Below are positions 1 to 7,421 of a stretch of DNA of 22,196 bases, piece after piece (the stretch's first letter is position 1; every line of letters starts with the position of its first letter). The translations under genes and the position numbers were made by a program. The notes below the pieces were generated by a model. It made no database searches, was not told where the DNA came from, and saw only the letters and a program-made list of their open reading frames with translations. Source of the DNA: a virus. The stretch spans positions 1 to 22,196 of IMG/VR virus record IMGVR_UViG_3300031578_000376; one strand, 5' to 3'.

Positions 1-255
1 CTGCTCGTTGTTGCGCCTGTAATAAACCCAGTCATCATAGCTCCCACCCACGCGCTGGACAAACTCTATAGCACGCCGACATGTTGTATAAGACGGAAAT
101 CGGACACCTTCCCAGCCGCAGACATTTTGCGGCCGCTTGCGCTTGCCGATAACCTGTAGCCGATACACGACGCCCGATTGGGATCGTCTAGTAATAGGTC
201 GCCGATCAAGATAGCGAACGACGACCAGGCGCCCCTCATGTTGCTGTTCAAGCAT
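1..255 (-). CDS. hypothetical protein, C-terminus beyond the left window edge
   Basis: Not in the supplied track. Hand translation of the minus strand gives an ATG at 255-253, preceded by AAGGTG. It opens MLEQQHEGRLVVVRYLDRRPITRRSQSGVVYRLQVIGKRKRPQNVCGWEGVRF..., and the frame stays open to base 1. It starts 9 nt after the phosphoesterase stop. It looks more protein-like than the overlapping 66..251 track ORF. Confidence 0.45.
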   Translation of the reverse strand, partial: MLEQQHEGRLVVVRYLDRRPITRRSQSGVVYRLQVIGKRKRPQNVCGWEGVRFPSYTTCRRAIEFVQRVGGSYDDWVYYRRNNEQ

Positions 256-264
256 ACATCACCT

Positions 265-849
265 TCATCCCACGTTTCTTGTGCGATCTTGGGGGTCTAC
301 CCATTCTCGCTGGCGCATAAGCTTTAACACTTGCGCCAAAGAGATGGGTCGCATCCCGCATGCGTCCACCCCGACGTCTGTCGATCGCGATTGCTTATTG
401 TCCGGAAGTCCGCCGTGGCTATGGCCATACAAATGCATCGTTCCGTGGTGCGACCGAGGCCATACCCGGTGCGCATAGTGCGACAAGAATATCCGCACTT
501 TACCGTCAATAGATAGGTCGCACTGGTAGCGAATGCGCAGCATCTTGACGTCTTTTATCCATACAAAACCCTTGCATTTCTCTGTGATAGAATCATGGTT
601 TCCGCTGATTAAACAGATTTGGCCATTAAGCCTCTCGATGATATCTTGCGTGCCTGACACGTTGCCCAACGAAAAGTCACCCAGGCAATACGTGCGCGCT
701 TGCGGGTTGACCGTTTCATTCCAATTGGCAATCAGCCGTTCATTCATCTCAATGTCGGTTGCGAACCCGCGCAGCTTGACCATCAGCAGGTGGTAAAAAT
801 GCGGGTCAGCCGTAAAGAAAATATTTGGCGCATCGGCATAAAGGTCCAT
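265..849 (-). CDS. calcineurin-like metallophosphoesterase (phage Ser/Thr phosphatase-type MPP fold)
   Basis: Ordered MPP motifs are present in the 194-aa ORF: DPHFYH (DxH), LGDFS (GD), GNHD (GNHD/E), SHYAH (H) and GHSHG (GHxH). Confidence 0.85.
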   Translation of the reverse strand: MDLYADAPNIFFTADPHFYHLLMVKLRGFATDIEMNERLIANWNETVNPQARTYCLGDFSLGNVSGTQDIIERLNGQICLISGNHDSITEKCKGFVWIKDVKMLRIRYQCDLSIDGKVRIFLSHYAHRVWPRSHHGTMHLYGHSHGGLPDNKQSRSTDVGVDACGMRPISLAQVLKLMRQREWVDPQDRTRNVG

Positions 850-852
850 CGG

Positions 853-1401
853 TCACCCCTGCTTTATCTGCTTTAACGGCACGCGCGCTCGTCCGCTATC
901 GACGATATCCGCCATGGTCTGCAAATCGATATCCACGCGTGATCCACGATAGGCGTAAATCTTTGCCTTTGGAATATCTGTCAGGGCCCACAGCGCCCAG
1001 TTACCGACGGGGATAACGACTTTGGGATTTACCGCCACCAGTTCGTGAAGCAAGCGCGATCGACAGTACATGCTCGACAGAGCTTGCACATACACCTGGG
1101 GCAATACAGCCCCCGATGCCAATTTGACCTTACGTGGAGCACACAGTGCCGCATTGGTCACCCACACCTCGTCTCGCGTAAAGCCAGCCTCCTGCGCCAA
1201 ATGCCACAGCAGCTTTCCCGATGGCCCGATAAAGCCTCTGCCCATTGCCGTTTCAGAAGATCCTGGGCCCTCCCCGACAATGGCAATGCGCGCCGGTACA
1301 GGGCCGTCGGGATAGACCTTGACGTCGTCGCGAAGTGGGCACGCTGAGCAATCCGGCGTGGCTATCAGCCCATGATAATAGGCTCCGGGGTATTCAGACA
1401 T
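853..1401 (-). CDS. uracil-DNA glycosylase, family 4-like
   Basis: Carries an N-terminal Cys pair (CSACPL) and the motif IAIVGEGPGSSETAMGRGFIGPSGKLL, which matches the GE(A/G)PG...F.G..G signature of family-4 UDG and phage SPO1 polymerase-associated UDG. ATG at 1401-1399. Confidence 0.8.
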   Translation of the reverse strand: MSEYPGAYYHGLIATPDCSACPLRDDVKVYPDGPVPARIAIVGEGPGSSETAMGRGFIGPSGKLLWHLAQEAGFTRDEVWVTNAALCAPRKVKLASGAVLPQVYVQALSSMYCRSRLLHELVAVNPKVVIPVGNWALWALTDIPKAKIYAYRGSRVDIDLQTMADIVDSGRARVPLKQIKQG

Positions 1402-1426
1402 CGTCGCCCTTTCTTATACACCAGAC

Positions 1427-1512
1427 AAAAAAAGGGCCCGGCAGGCAACATTTGCACCCGTCTGAAAGAAGTTCGGCACTACGCCAATCGACTTTACAAC
1501 CTGCCGGGCCCT
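1427..1512 (-). terminator. terminator-like element: 13-bp GC-rich inverted repeat with a long loop, followed by a T7 run on the minus strand
   Basis: AGGGCCCGGCAGG (1433-1445) is the perfect reverse complement of CCTGCCGGGCCCT (1500-1512), with 54 nt between the arms. On the minus strand the stem is followed directly by TTTTTTT (1427-1433). It lies between the DUF669-like gene stop and the UDG start. Confidence 0.45.
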
Positions 1513-1555
1513 TAGGCTATTATAATACCTTCCTAGGCATACAGACCGTTTGCCA

Positions 1556-2419
1556 CTACAGCTGGCCTACTGTTCCTGGAGGAGGCGTAGGCAGCGGTAA
1601 ATTGCCGCCGGGCTGCCCGGAAAACTGCGCTTGTGGCAACCCGGCGGCCTGCTGTGGCAACGATCCTTGGGGCGGAGGAATAACCCCACCGGCAAAAGCC
1701 GGCTGCTGCGGTTGCGGTTGTGGTTGCGGCGGCTGCTGGAACGCCGGTTGCTGCATTTGCGGCTGAGCAAACTGCTGAGGCTGCTGCATTTGCGGCTGAG
1801 CAAACTGCTGAGGCTGCTGCATTTGCGGCTGAGCAAACTGCTGAGGCTGCTGCATTTGCGGCTGCTGCATCTGAGGCTGAGCAAACTGCTGAGGTTGAAC
1901 GAACTGCTGCGGAGGCTGAGCCGCGGGAGGCGGCTGGGTCGTCGGGGTCAGCAGCGAGGGCGCCGGAGCAGCCTTTTGTCCGGTGCCGTTGCCCGCAGCC
2001 TCTTGGGCTACAATCGAATTCCACTCTTCGGCCGGACGCTCATTGCCCATGTTGGTGTACTGGCCGTTCTTGATGACCTTGGCCACAAAGTTGCGACCCA
2101 AAATCCAGTCGGCGTCCACGTTGCCTCCCTGCGAGGCGATGAACTCATCGGTGATTCCACAAGATACCAGGAAGCGCTTTAAAAAGGGCGCGCCCTGCTC
2201 GGTCAACTGATACGAATTCATCATCTTGCGCGTGGCGAACTGCGTCGACGGTCCGGGGCCTGCGACGATCTCAGACGTCACGACCAGTCGCTGCGACTCG
2301 CCGTCTTTGTTGGTCTTGGTCTCGACCTTGTGCACCTTGAACAGATAGGTTCCGGGCGGATAGTCAAAACCCTCGGCGGGGGCAACATTGGCTAAGTTAA
2401 TCGGCAGAAACAAACTCAT
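1556..2419 (-). CDS. DUF669-like putative ssDNA-binding protein with a Q/P-rich C-terminal low-complexity domain
   Basis: The N-terminal ~140 aa (MSLFLPINLANVAPAEGFDYPPGTYLFKVHKVETKTNKDGESQRL...) resembles phage DUF669 proteins, which typically sit next to Sak4/AAA_24 ATPases as they do here. Strong SD (AAGGAGAG) lies ahead of the ATG at 2419. The C-terminal half is Q/P repeats. Confidence 0.6.
   Translation of the reverse strand: MSLFLPINLANVAPAEGFDYPPGTYLFKVHKVETKTNKDGESQRLVVTSEIVAGPGPSTQFATRKMMNSYQLTEQGAPFLKRFLVSCGITDEFIASQGGNVDADWILGRNFVAKVIKNGQYTNMGNERPAEEWNSIVAQEAAGNGTGQKAAPAPSLLTPTTQPPPAAQPPQQFVQPQQFAQPQMQQPQMQQPQQFAQPQMQQPQQFAQPQMQQPQQFAQPQMQQPAFQQPPQPQPQPQQPAFAGGVIPPPQGSLPQQAAGLPQAQFSGQPGGNLPLPTPPPGTVGQL
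1751..1899. repeat. 33-bp tandem repeat: three perfect copies plus a diverged fourth, coding
   Basis: The unit ctgcatttgcggctgagcaaactgctgaggctg starts at 1751, 1784 and 1817 with identical copies. A partial, variant copy starts at 1850. On the minus strand it encodes the PQQFAQPQMQQ repeats. Confidence 0.9.
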
Positions 2420-2507
2420 TTTACTCTCTCCTTACGTATCGTTGTCACACCATTGTGAAGTGCGCTTTGCATCCAGCAGTATGCAAAGCAGGTTAAAAGA
2501 CTCTAAG

Positions 2508-3530
2508 CTATGTCACGTAGACGAAATTTCCGATTCGATTCCAGATAGCATTGAATGTTGGCAATTCACCATAGGTCGGGTCTACCAGCTTTCCCTCGGG
2601 AAATGCATTTCCATATTTGTGCCGCAGCATCTTTGTTAAATAGTTTGGGCTCGTATAGTATGTCGGCTGAACCATCATGCGGCCCATAACGTTCGGGTCG
2701 GGCTTGAGCTCCTTGTGGGCATGGATAATCATCTTGCACATGCCAGGCAGCTTAATGGCTGTCTCTCCGCGCACGTAGGGCTCTACCGCCACGGTGCGGC
2801 TGCCGCCGCCTTGGCCATCTGACTCTTTGATCTCTTTTTCCAGGGCAATCCAAATCACATTCAGAGGTGTATTGTGTAGCAGCATGGCCAGGTCGCGCAT
2901 GTGCATACCCAAAAGACCCCAATCGCGCATGGTCATATTGGTGGCGTCGCCCCCTTCCTTTTCGATCTTGGCGCGAATCTTGGGGTCTTTATAGCGCAGG
3001 GCCATGAGCTGAGCGATCCACATGTCGACATAATACGTCACCGAGTCGACAACGATGGTGTTGACGCCCATGGATTTGTAGTTTCTCCGAATCATCTCTA
3101 TCTTTTTGTGCATCATGTCGGGAGCCGTAATGTGAAATGACGGCGGCGCCGGCACGCCATAGATTGACGGCAGCATGGCCAAGGCATCATCGCCACCTTC
3201 AGCCCCAACACTCAGAAATAGTACCTTTGGGAATTGCCCTGCAAACGTTGTCTTCCACGTCCCAGGAGCCCCGAACAAAAATATAGTGACACCCTGTTTC
3301 TGTCCGGTACCTCCGGGATAGTGCAAGTCGGGATCGTCCAAGGTCAACCATGTGGACTGCTGCACCTGCGCCATGGCCTGCTGGCCACTGATCATGGGTA
3401 CGCCTTGTTGCACCAACGCGCCCTGGCTCATGAGCTGCTGCTGGGCCTCACCGTAGGCCAAGCCAGCCTGATACTGTGCCCATTGCTCCTGGGTCATGGG
3501 TTGCGCTGGCGGCGGTTGCTGATTTTGCAT
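2508..3530 (-). CDS. Sak4-like RecA-fold ATPase (AAA_24 family) with a Q-rich N-terminal extension
   Basis: Walker A is FLFGAPGTWKTTFAG and Walker B-like is TIVVDSVTYY. Size and the position beside a DUF669-like gene fit phage Sak4-type recombination ATPases. The first ~60 aa are Q-rich and low complexity. Confidence 0.7.
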   Translation of the reverse strand: MQNQQPPPAQPMTQEQWAQYQAGLAYGEAQQQLMSQGALVQQGVPMISGQQAMAQVQQSTWLTLDDPDLHYPGGTGQKQGVTIFLFGAPGTWKTTFAGQFPKVLFLSVGAEGGDDALAMLPSIYGVPAPPSFHITAPDMMHKKIEMIRRNYKSMGVNTIVVDSVTYYVDMWIAQLMALRYKDPKIRAKIEKEGGDATNMTMRDWGLLGMHMRDLAMLLHNTPLNVIWIALEKEIKESDGQGGGSRTVAVEPYVRGETAIKLPGMCKMIIHAHKELKPDPNVMGRMMVQPTYYTSPNYLTKMLRHKYGNAFPEGKLVDPTYGELPTFNAIWNRIGNFVYVT

Positions 3531-3630
3531 ACACTAACCCCTTTGACTGCACGCACGTATGGCTTTCGAGATGCCCATGGGCACCTGGCACTATCATGCG
3601 TTCGTGCTACTTTTTAATTTCAGTTGGCGT

Positions 3631-5427
3631 TTATGCAGCTTGCATCAAACGCTCGCACAATAAATCCAAATCTATTTCGTCGCGCTCTTTGTCTGGCACC
3701 AGATCTCTTATCAGGCCCATGCCACCGGCATCTTGTTTTGAAATGCCGTGGGCTACCTGGGCTTTCCATTCAATCTTTTCCAAAAACAAATCATCTACGG
3801 TGCCGCGCGCTATCAAGTAGTAAATATCCACAAAAGGCGCTGTGCAGCCAATGCGATGCACGCGCTTTTCTGCTTGGCGCAGTGACGTTGTATTCCAGTG
3901 CAAATCAACCATCAGCGCCGAGCTTGCGGCCGAAAGATCGTTTATCGATGTGCCGGCCCCACCGATGGTCGCGACGTAGATACTGCACGGGTCTTTTGCA
4001 AATTGCCCTGCTAAAAGCTTGCGCGTGGCCATAGCCATCTCGCCATGCACGGGGCCGTAGACCACAGGTGTCTTTCCACCTATGGTCATGCCCTGGTGCA
4101 ACCGGGCAATAAGCTGCTCATAAATCCATTTAGCTGTATTTCTCCTGAGAGAAAATACCACCAGGCGATTATGTGTTTGAAGCACGGTGTCGATGGCATG
4201 CAGTGCGCCAGCCCGCTTCATTTCAGAGACGATACCGATCAGCGTCGTCAGGCAGACCAAGCGAGTGGCTCCTGGCTTCCGATCGTTTTTTGATAGCTTG
4301 ATTTGCTTGTTGCCAATCGTAAGAATTTCTTGGGCGGGTTGATTCGACTTGGACTTAAGGTAAGCCGCCACATCGCGCTGCGCTGCTGAGTATTCAGCCG
4401 CCAGGGGGCTTGTTGCAATGACGGCTTCTAAAATGTGACGCCGCATGGGGGGCAGCTCGTCGGAAATGTCCTCTGTCATGTAGCACAAATACGTTCCTGC
4501 CAGGCGCGCTCGCAGCTCTTCGTTATGCGACTCGCCACTATAATCCCAATGCCCGCCTTGTTCTTCGGGTAGCCGCTCTCCTCGGCAATAGCGCAAGCCG
4601 AAAAAATGCTTGGTCGTTCCCCACTGCCGAGGCTGCACGACGGCCAGCTGACTCCACAGGTCCATGCGTTCGTTGGGGATGGGCGTTCCCGTCAGGCCGA
4701 TGCGCCGCTCAATAGACGAGCACAAACTAAGCTGACGGGCGGCAGCCGCGCGCTGCGCTTTTTCGTGGATACAATAGTGAATCTCGTCGGCAACAAGCCA
4801 AGCTGGTTTCAACCGATGGAAGATCCACGTTTGCCATGAGGACAATATTTCGTAGTTGCAAAAGAAGGCGAGATGCCCCGACAGCACAGATGGGTCTAGC
4901 GCCTTTACCCCCTCGAGCGGCTCAATGTGCAAGCCGTAATGGCGCTGCGCATCCGAGTCCTCATCGCACCACACGCCACGGGCGAGCTTGGGCGCAATCA
5001 CAATGCCTGGGCGCTGCAGGTACCCGTCGAGCCAAAGGGCGTGCAATGCTGCAAGCGTTTTTCCTAAGCCCATTTCTGCTACCAGCAGCGCGCCTTCACG
5101 TTCTGGGGCCACACGCCGCAAAAATGTCACCGAGCGCGCCTGGTGGCGTTGCAGCCAAAGGCCAGACGGTGTCTGGCGATAGGGCTCTTCGGGAAAGTCA
5201 TTGAGGTTTGCTGGATGCCGTCCCATCTCGACAAGGGATACGGGCAGATACCAGCCGTTGAGGTCCGCATTCTTTTTGCTGTCGCGAGACCACACCCCAG
5301 GAACGTTTTGCAGCTGAGCAAACTGCCGATCGGTGGTACAGCCGATCAATCGGCAAGATCCAGTCCAGGGCGTCGGCCGCTGATAAACACAGCCGGCAAT
5401 CGGATCTTGATGGACTCTTTGCTGCAT
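3631..5427 (-). CDS. SNF2-family DEAD/DEAH-box helicase
   Basis: Motif I LVAEMGLGKTLAAL, motif II LVADEIHYC, motif III LTGTPIPNERMDLWSQL, and C-terminal motifs GGAGTSINDL and DLHWNTTSLRQAEKRVHRIG. Confidence 0.9.
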   Translation of the reverse strand: MQQRVHQDPIAGCVYQRPTPWTGSCRLIGCTTDRQFAQLQNVPGVWSRDSKKNADLNGWYLPVSLVEMGRHPANLNDFPEEPYRQTPSGLWLQRHQARSVTFLRRVAPEREGALLVAEMGLGKTLAALHALWLDGYLQRPGIVIAPKLARGVWCDEDSDAQRHYGLHIEPLEGVKALDPSVLSGHLAFFCNYEILSSWQTWIFHRLKPAWLVADEIHYCIHEKAQRAAAARQLSLCSSIERRIGLTGTPIPNERMDLWSQLAVVQPRQWGTTKHFFGLRYCRGERLPEEQGGHWDYSGESHNEELRARLAGTYLCYMTEDISDELPPMRRHILEAVIATSPLAAEYSAAQRDVAAYLKSKSNQPAQEILTIGNKQIKLSKNDRKPGATRLVCLTTLIGIVSEMKRAGALHAIDTVLQTHNRLVVFSLRRNTAKWIYEQLIARLHQGMTIGGKTPVVYGPVHGEMAMATRKLLAGQFAKDPCSIYVATIGGAGTSINDLSAASSALMVDLHWNTTSLRQAEKRVHRIGCTAPFVDIYYLIARGTVDDLFLEKIEWKAQVAHGISKQDAGGMGLIRDLVPDKERDEIDLDLLCERLMQAA

Positions 5428-5705
5428 GCGAAGAGAGTACCCCGAGCAGCCTTTGTGTCAACTGTGAAAATAAATTGGCTCGTAAGTTACTGTAAATACA
5501 AGGTGAAAAAAGATACTCAACATGGACTCGACCGCTTGTCGAGAAAATGTTACATACAGATCCGAGTTCTGATACAGTGAATTTTAGCCGGCAGGGACTT
5601 TAGGCCTTTTGTCTTGGGGCAACCTGAGCAGTATACCAAAAGAGTCATCTGCGTTAAAAGACTTGTGTGAATCTTTTTTGCTAGGTCATTAAGGGGACGC
5701 CCGTC

Positions 5706-6944
5706 ATGATTCGCAAGCGCCACACTGTTTATTCTGCACGCGACCTGCTGCTTTTGCAGGACGACCCGGACCGTTGGATCGTCGAGAATGTGATCCCAAA
5801 AATAGGTCGCACCATGGTCTATGGCAAAGGTGGCGCCAACAAGTCAACGATCATATTCGACTTGTGCATTGCCATCTCCGCCGGCACACACCTTTTACGA
5901 CAGTTCAAGATAAACACCTACGGCCCCGTACTCTTAATATCGACAGAGGGCAGCATCTTCGATAATAAGAATCGCATCATGGCGCATGCGCGGGCCCATG
6001 GCATCAATCCGGCGGCATTGCCTCTTTATTATTGCCAACAGCCGTTTGCTTTAGACGATCCTCTGGACATCACGGAGCTCAGGACACTGATTAAAGAACT
6101 CAAGCCGGTCCTGGTCGTGCTCGACCCGTTGGACTCATTTTTTAGTGGAGATGAAAACTCGTCGAAAGAGACCAAGATGCTGCGCCGGGCGGTCGATGCG
6201 ATGATCGACGAGTTTCGCCTGGCCTTTATTATTATTCACCACGAGTCAAAAATTGGTGGATCGCCACGGGGATCTTCTGCGTGGCAGGGGTGGGCGGACG
6301 CTATCTTATATGTCAGCAAGAAGCGCAAAAAGCTGGGTCTTCCTGTCGCTCTCGACATCGTCAGCGTCACGGGGCAAAAGCAGCGCAATGGAAAAGAAGG
6401 CCTCGTTTTTACCGCGGTGCCGCTGCACGATGACGTGCTCAACGAGATTACCTTTTCGCTCATTCAAGGCACCGACCACAGCCAGGTGATTCTCGAATAC
6501 TGGAAATACCGCTGCTATATTGCCCTGTGCGAATCCACCGATGCGCAGACCGACACCATGTTGGCGCAGAAGCTACAGACGCGACAGGAGAAAATATCGG
6601 AGTGCCTGCTATCGCTAGAGGCGGAAGGTAAGATCGCAAAAGATGCTGTAGTTGAGCGCACCTTCGGCGATAACAGACGCCGGCAATTTCCGGCATGGCG
6701 TGTTGTCAAGAAGATAGACCTTGTTAAACTAATGGAATATATGGTAAAGCAGGAGGAACAATATCTAGAAGACGAGCTGCAGGCCTATCAGATCGATCCG
6801 AAGGAACCCCACGCTCCGGAGGCCATCGAGCTGGCCATATCGTTGCAGCAGCAAGGAGCGCCCGGTGCTAACGGTTCAGAGTCAAGTAGCCTACTGCCGC
6901 CTGGAGATCCAGCGAGATCCCGTATTCCGTCAATTCTGCACTGA
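5706..6944 (+). CDS. AAA_25/RepA-like RecA-fold ATPase (candidate replicative helicase or helicase loader)
   Basis: Walker A-like VYGKGGANKSTII, Walker B VLVVLDPLDSFF, then IIIHHESK. SD AAGGGGA lies ahead of the ATG at 5706. The low-complexity C-terminal tail overlaps the next ORF. Confidence 0.7.
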   Translation: MIRKRHTVYSARDLLLLQDDPDRWIVENVIPKIGRTMVYGKGGANKSTIIFDLCIAISAGTHLLRQFKINTYGPVLLISTEGSIFDNKNRIMAHARAHGINPAALPLYYCQQPFALDDPLDITELRTLIKELKPVLVVLDPLDSFFSGDENSSKETKMLRRAVDAMIDEFRLAFIIIHHESKIGGSPRGSSAWQGWADAILYVSKKRKKLGLPVALDIVSVTGQKQRNGKEGLVFTAVPLHDDVLNEITFSLIQGTDHSQVILEYWKYRCYIALCESTDAQTDTMLAQKLQTRQEKISECLLSLEAEGKIAKDAVVERTFGDNRRRQFPAWRVVKKIDLVKLMEYMVKQEEQYLEDELQAYQIDPKEPHAPEAIELAISLQQQGAPGANGSESSSLLPPGDPARSRIPSILH

Positions 6945-7125
6945 CATTCTAGACAATCTACGTCTGACCCACAGCCTGCCGTCCGAGCTCGACAGCTGTC
7001 TGTCCATCGAGCTGACCCCGGGCCTGCCGGTAGCGCGCATTTTGCTCGACCGGTTTTGCGATTCGCTGGACGAACCTCAGTGGATCCGAGAAAAGCAGCT
7101 CATCGCGCACACGTTTTCTAAGTAA
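6865..7125 (+). CDS. hypothetical protein (86 aa) overlapping the tail of the upstream ATPase gene
   Basis: GTG at 6865 is preceded by AAGGAG (6853-6858) with a 6-nt spacer. Codon pattern looks similar to neighbouring genes. No recognisable domain. Confidence 0.45.
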   Translation: MLTVQSQVAYCRLEIQRDPVFRQFCTDILDNLRLTHSLPSELDSCLSIELTPGLPVARILLDRFCDSLDEPQWIREKQLIAHTFSK

Positions 7126-7166
7126 TCTGCAGTCTTAGCAATTGCCAGCCTCCAGCTAGTTGCGCC

Positions 7167-7210
7167 ATACAGACCCGATACAGACTCGGTACAGACTCGG
7201 TACAGACCCC
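7167..7210. repeat. four tandem 11-bp direct repeats (iteron or operator-like array)
   Basis: atacagacccg (7167), atacagactcg (7178), gtacagactcg (7189) and gtacagacccc (7200) are contiguous, with a period of 11 bp. The array is intergenic, just upstream of the conserved module at 7233-7310. Confidence 0.85.
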
Positions 7211-7232
7211 TGTGTACCATAGCATGCACATT

Positions 7233-7310
7233 CATGTTGACGTTAGCCTATATACCCTATATTTTAAAAGCCGGGAGGGGGGGTGGTTTGCTGTATATAT
7301 GCTATATAAA
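7233..7310 (+). promoter_or_regulatory. conserved promoter/leader module, copy A (sense +)
   Basis: Aligns without gaps over its first ~50 nt with the reverse complement of 12225-12300: CATGTTG-N15-CCCTATAT-NN-TAAAAG-N-CGGGAGGGGGGG, then T(T)GGT.TGCT..TATATGCTA.ATA. Contains TTGACG-N15-TATATT and a downstream extended -10-like TGCTATATA (7300-7308). Sits ~110 nt upstream of the ATG at 7422. Confidence 0.5.
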
Positions 7311-7421
7311 TAGGCTCTTTTCTGTTGAGCCAATCTGAGGTAGCATTTTCCCTATAACCGCGTTGTTGGCAGAAGTCCTGGCGCAGAGCCAGGCAAGAAG
7401 ACCAACAGAAGGGAAACAGCA

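Noticed and set aside
66-251. Track ORF of 61 aa on the minus strand (TTG start)
   Set aside because: A different minus-strand frame (ATG at 255, open to base 1) has a proper ATG with an SD-like sequence and a more protein-like translation. The 66..251 ORF is probably a shadow frame of it.
1751-1899. The tandem repeats could be mistaken for a CRISPR array or a non-coding satellite
   Set aside because: The units are contiguous with no spacers, have a period of 33 bp (a multiple of 3), and sit in frame inside a long ORF. They are coding repeats.
1335-2182. Several long overlapping ORFs on both strands (1335..1766, 1533..2024, 1567..1884, 1631..2182, 1720..2073)
   Set aside because: All lie over the Q/P repeat-coding region of 1556..2419. 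Their translations are monotonous repeat artefacts (LLRL..., AAAFAAEQTAE...) produced by the 33-bp tandem repeat, and none has start signals.
2464-2489. 9-bp hairpin (GCTTTGCAT-N8-ATGCAAAGC) between the Sak4-like and DUF669-like genes, considered as a terminator
   Set aside because: No U-run follows on the transcribed strand, and the two genes look co-transcribed. It may be an RNA-stability or processing hairpin, but I cannot support a terminator call. The same applies to the 12-nt palindrome TGCCCATGGGCA at 3572-3583.
3631-5427. Multiple 60-145-aa ORFs on the plus strand inside the SNF2 helicase gene (for example 4836..5204 and 5143..5580)
   Set aside because: They are antisense to a gene with a full set of SNF2 motifs. 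Their composition is Arg/Ala/Pro-rich and they have no ribosome-binding sites.
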